IMG/VR virus record: IMGVR_UViG_3300028591_000180
Location: 10,505-74,504 of that record
Length of the DNA: 64,000 nt
Strand: one strand, 5' to 3'
From: a virus
Taxonomy: Duplodnaviria > Caudoviricetes
The notes under the pieces are model-generated. The model did no database searches and was not told the origin of the DNA. It worked only from the letters and a program-made list of their open reading frames with translations. Both the position numbers and the translations under genes were made by a program. Of this stretch, positions 62,101 through 64,000 are shown piece after piece (position 1 is the stretch's first letter; each line of letters begins with the position of its first letter).

Positions 62101-64000
62101 CAGCTGGATCTGATGGAGCTGCTATTGTAGATGGATCTACTAATATTACAACTTTAGATTTAGATGGCTATAAAGGTAATGAACTACGACCAATTATAGT
62201 TGATACTGACAATATCTCTGGCTTACCTACTGGGTTAACTTATACTATTGTCAACAATACTACTATTAATACCGCTATTACTTTTACTGCAGATGCTACT
62301 CTTACTTCAAGGGCTGGGGCTATTTCAATCCCAATTACTATTGATGGAAAGACGGTAACTAAGTATTTTGCTTACTCATTGGCTGTTACAGGTGCTACCG
62401 GCGCTTCGCCTACTGCTTATAGTTTAACTCCTAGTGACTATGCTGTTATTAGAGACACCAATAATAATAACCTGAGCCCGGATTTAATTACCTTTAGCGC
62501 TCGATCACAGACAGGTGATGCCAACTGGTCTAATTATAGTGGTAGATTAAAGCTTTATTCTACTAAAAATAATTCAACTTGGGATTTGGTTTATACCTCA
62601 CAGACTGATGAATCAAGCCATCAATTTGATTTTACTGCGGATTTACCTTCTGGGACTACAATCGCAAATGTTGTAGGAATTAAATGTGAATTATATTTAG
62701 CCGGTGGCACTACTACTTTATTAGATACCCAGACTGTACCAGTCATTGATACTGGTCTGAATGGACAACCTGGATCTCCTGGTGCTGATGCTTATACATT
62801 AATATTAACTAATGAATCTCACTCTTTCCCAGCTGACAGTAGTGCTCATGCTATTTCTGATAATACAACTAAGGCTAAATTGATCGCCTATAAGGGTGGA
62901 ACTCAGGTAACTTGTTACGCTGGATCATCACCTCAAGCTACTTCTATTTCAACTGGAGTTGATGGATTAACTTGTTCTATTGCCAATAATAATTCTACAA
63001 ATGTAGAATTAACCTTTACAGTATCTTCTGCTTTAGAAGGCAGCGGCGTGGTAAATATCCCTGTTGTGGTTGATGGTAAATCATTTACCAAGGGATTTAG
63101 TTATTCACTATCAGTAGCTGGTGAGTCTGGTGAAATTGGTGTTGGCGTCGAGAATGTTGAGCCGCTGTATTACCTGCAAAATGATGGAATGAACATCGAG
63201 CTCAACGGTAATACCAAGCAGACCGGGAAGAACTTATTTGATATTGGACAGTCGTTTAATAATAGTACAACAAGCCAGACAACAACAGTTTCTGGTAATG
63301 TATTAACTATTACAGCAACAGGCACAACTGGAGCACAATTCGCAATAGCTTATGTTAGGAATTGTGATAAATCAAAATCATATATTCTTTCTCTTAAGGC
63401 TAAAAAGGTAGTAAAAGGCACTGACGGTGGACCTAGAATAAATATTTATATTTATGGTTCAACAGATGGAGGATCTACTTGGAGTAGTCGGATAGATCAA
63501 GTTGGTAATATTCCAACGCAGGGGACTGTATACTCATTGAGTGGTACCGCTGTAACTGGGTATGACACGTATAGGTTTTATTTTTATAACAACACAAGTA
63601 CCCCAGTAACAGTAGGTGAACAGACTCAATATTGGGATATTCAATTTGAAAATAATACATCGGCTACAGATTATGAGCCTTACTTTGGTGGTATACCGTC
63701 ACCAGATTATCCTATGCCTATTCATAGTGTTAGCGGCAATAATACTGTTACTGTTTGCGGAAAGAACGTTCTGAGTAGTGAATATTTAGCTACGGGAACA
63801 ACTTTGATCCCGTCGGGAACAACCGATGAATGTATACTTGCTGGGTGGGCATCAACACTGATAACTCATGAAAATCTTGTGAAGTTCCTTGAACCTAATA
63901 CTACATACACAATCTCTTATGATGCAGTTGTTACGGCGGTAACAGATATTCCAACACTGTATTCATCACAGGCAGGGTTCTTGTTCTTTAGCCAATCTAA
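56133..64000 (+). CDS. giant repeat-rich tail/host-specificity protein, partial (>2600 aa, at least 8 TGA=Trp)
   Basis: One frame open to the window end when TGA=Trp. Collagen-like G-x-x-G linkers, YLWNYE/YLWTR modules and repeated NTATxYLYKR...TYTF.TG...W...P..PC(Y/W)..ATAS units. Confidence 0.8.

Noticed and set aside
274-63660. Minus-strand ORFs in the track (e.g. 9056-9478, 20124-20468, 25807-26109, 33521-33838)
   Set aside because: They are shadows of well-supported plus-strand genes, with no SD or recognisable motifs.
1-64000. Mycoplasma-type (code 4, wall-less) host as the explanation for TGA=Trp
   Set aside because: M23 and CHAP peptidoglycan hydrolases plus holins argue for a walled host. 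This is disfavoured rather than excluded until the host is identified.

Overview
AT-rich segment of a large tailed dsDNA phage genome. All supported genes lie on the + strand. The likely host is a peptidoglycan-walled Firmicute (M23 and CHAP hydrolases, Firmicutes-type holins, BMP lipoprotein, sigma70-like promoters). The supplied ORF track assumes the standard code and so fragments many genes: from ~16.6 kb onward about 45 in-frame TGA codons read as Trp (code 4). They fall at conserved Trp positions, and readthrough joins the fragments into full genes that end in TAA/TAG. Layout: (1) 1-5.8 kb small early cassette genes plus nrdG; (2) type IIA topoisomerase B/A; (3) a late-promoter 1170-aa DUF6267-like/cytidyltransferase fusion; (4) middle genes including a nucleoside-scavenging trio (deoxyribosyltransferase, NCS2 permease, BMP lipoprotein), recA, KTSC and a 21-bp-period repeat next to an AT-rich tract; (5) a late operon of acidic proteins carrying (L/I/V)xE motifs, including a 1073-aa protein cut into about 10 modules by nine ESLNE-type linkers and an AAA+/HExxH/vWA set; (6) a candidate structured ncRNA; (7) ~15 kb of fibre/decoration genes; (8) glycosyltransferases, an M23 peptidase-holin fusion, a papain-like protease, a CHAP hydrolase and a >2600-aa tail protein running off the window end. 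A 17-bp motif (TTGCTAAATTAAATATA) precedes the late units. I saw no tRNA, capsid, portal or terminase gene, CRISPR array or integrase in this window. All family calls come from motif recognition by eye; no database search was run.
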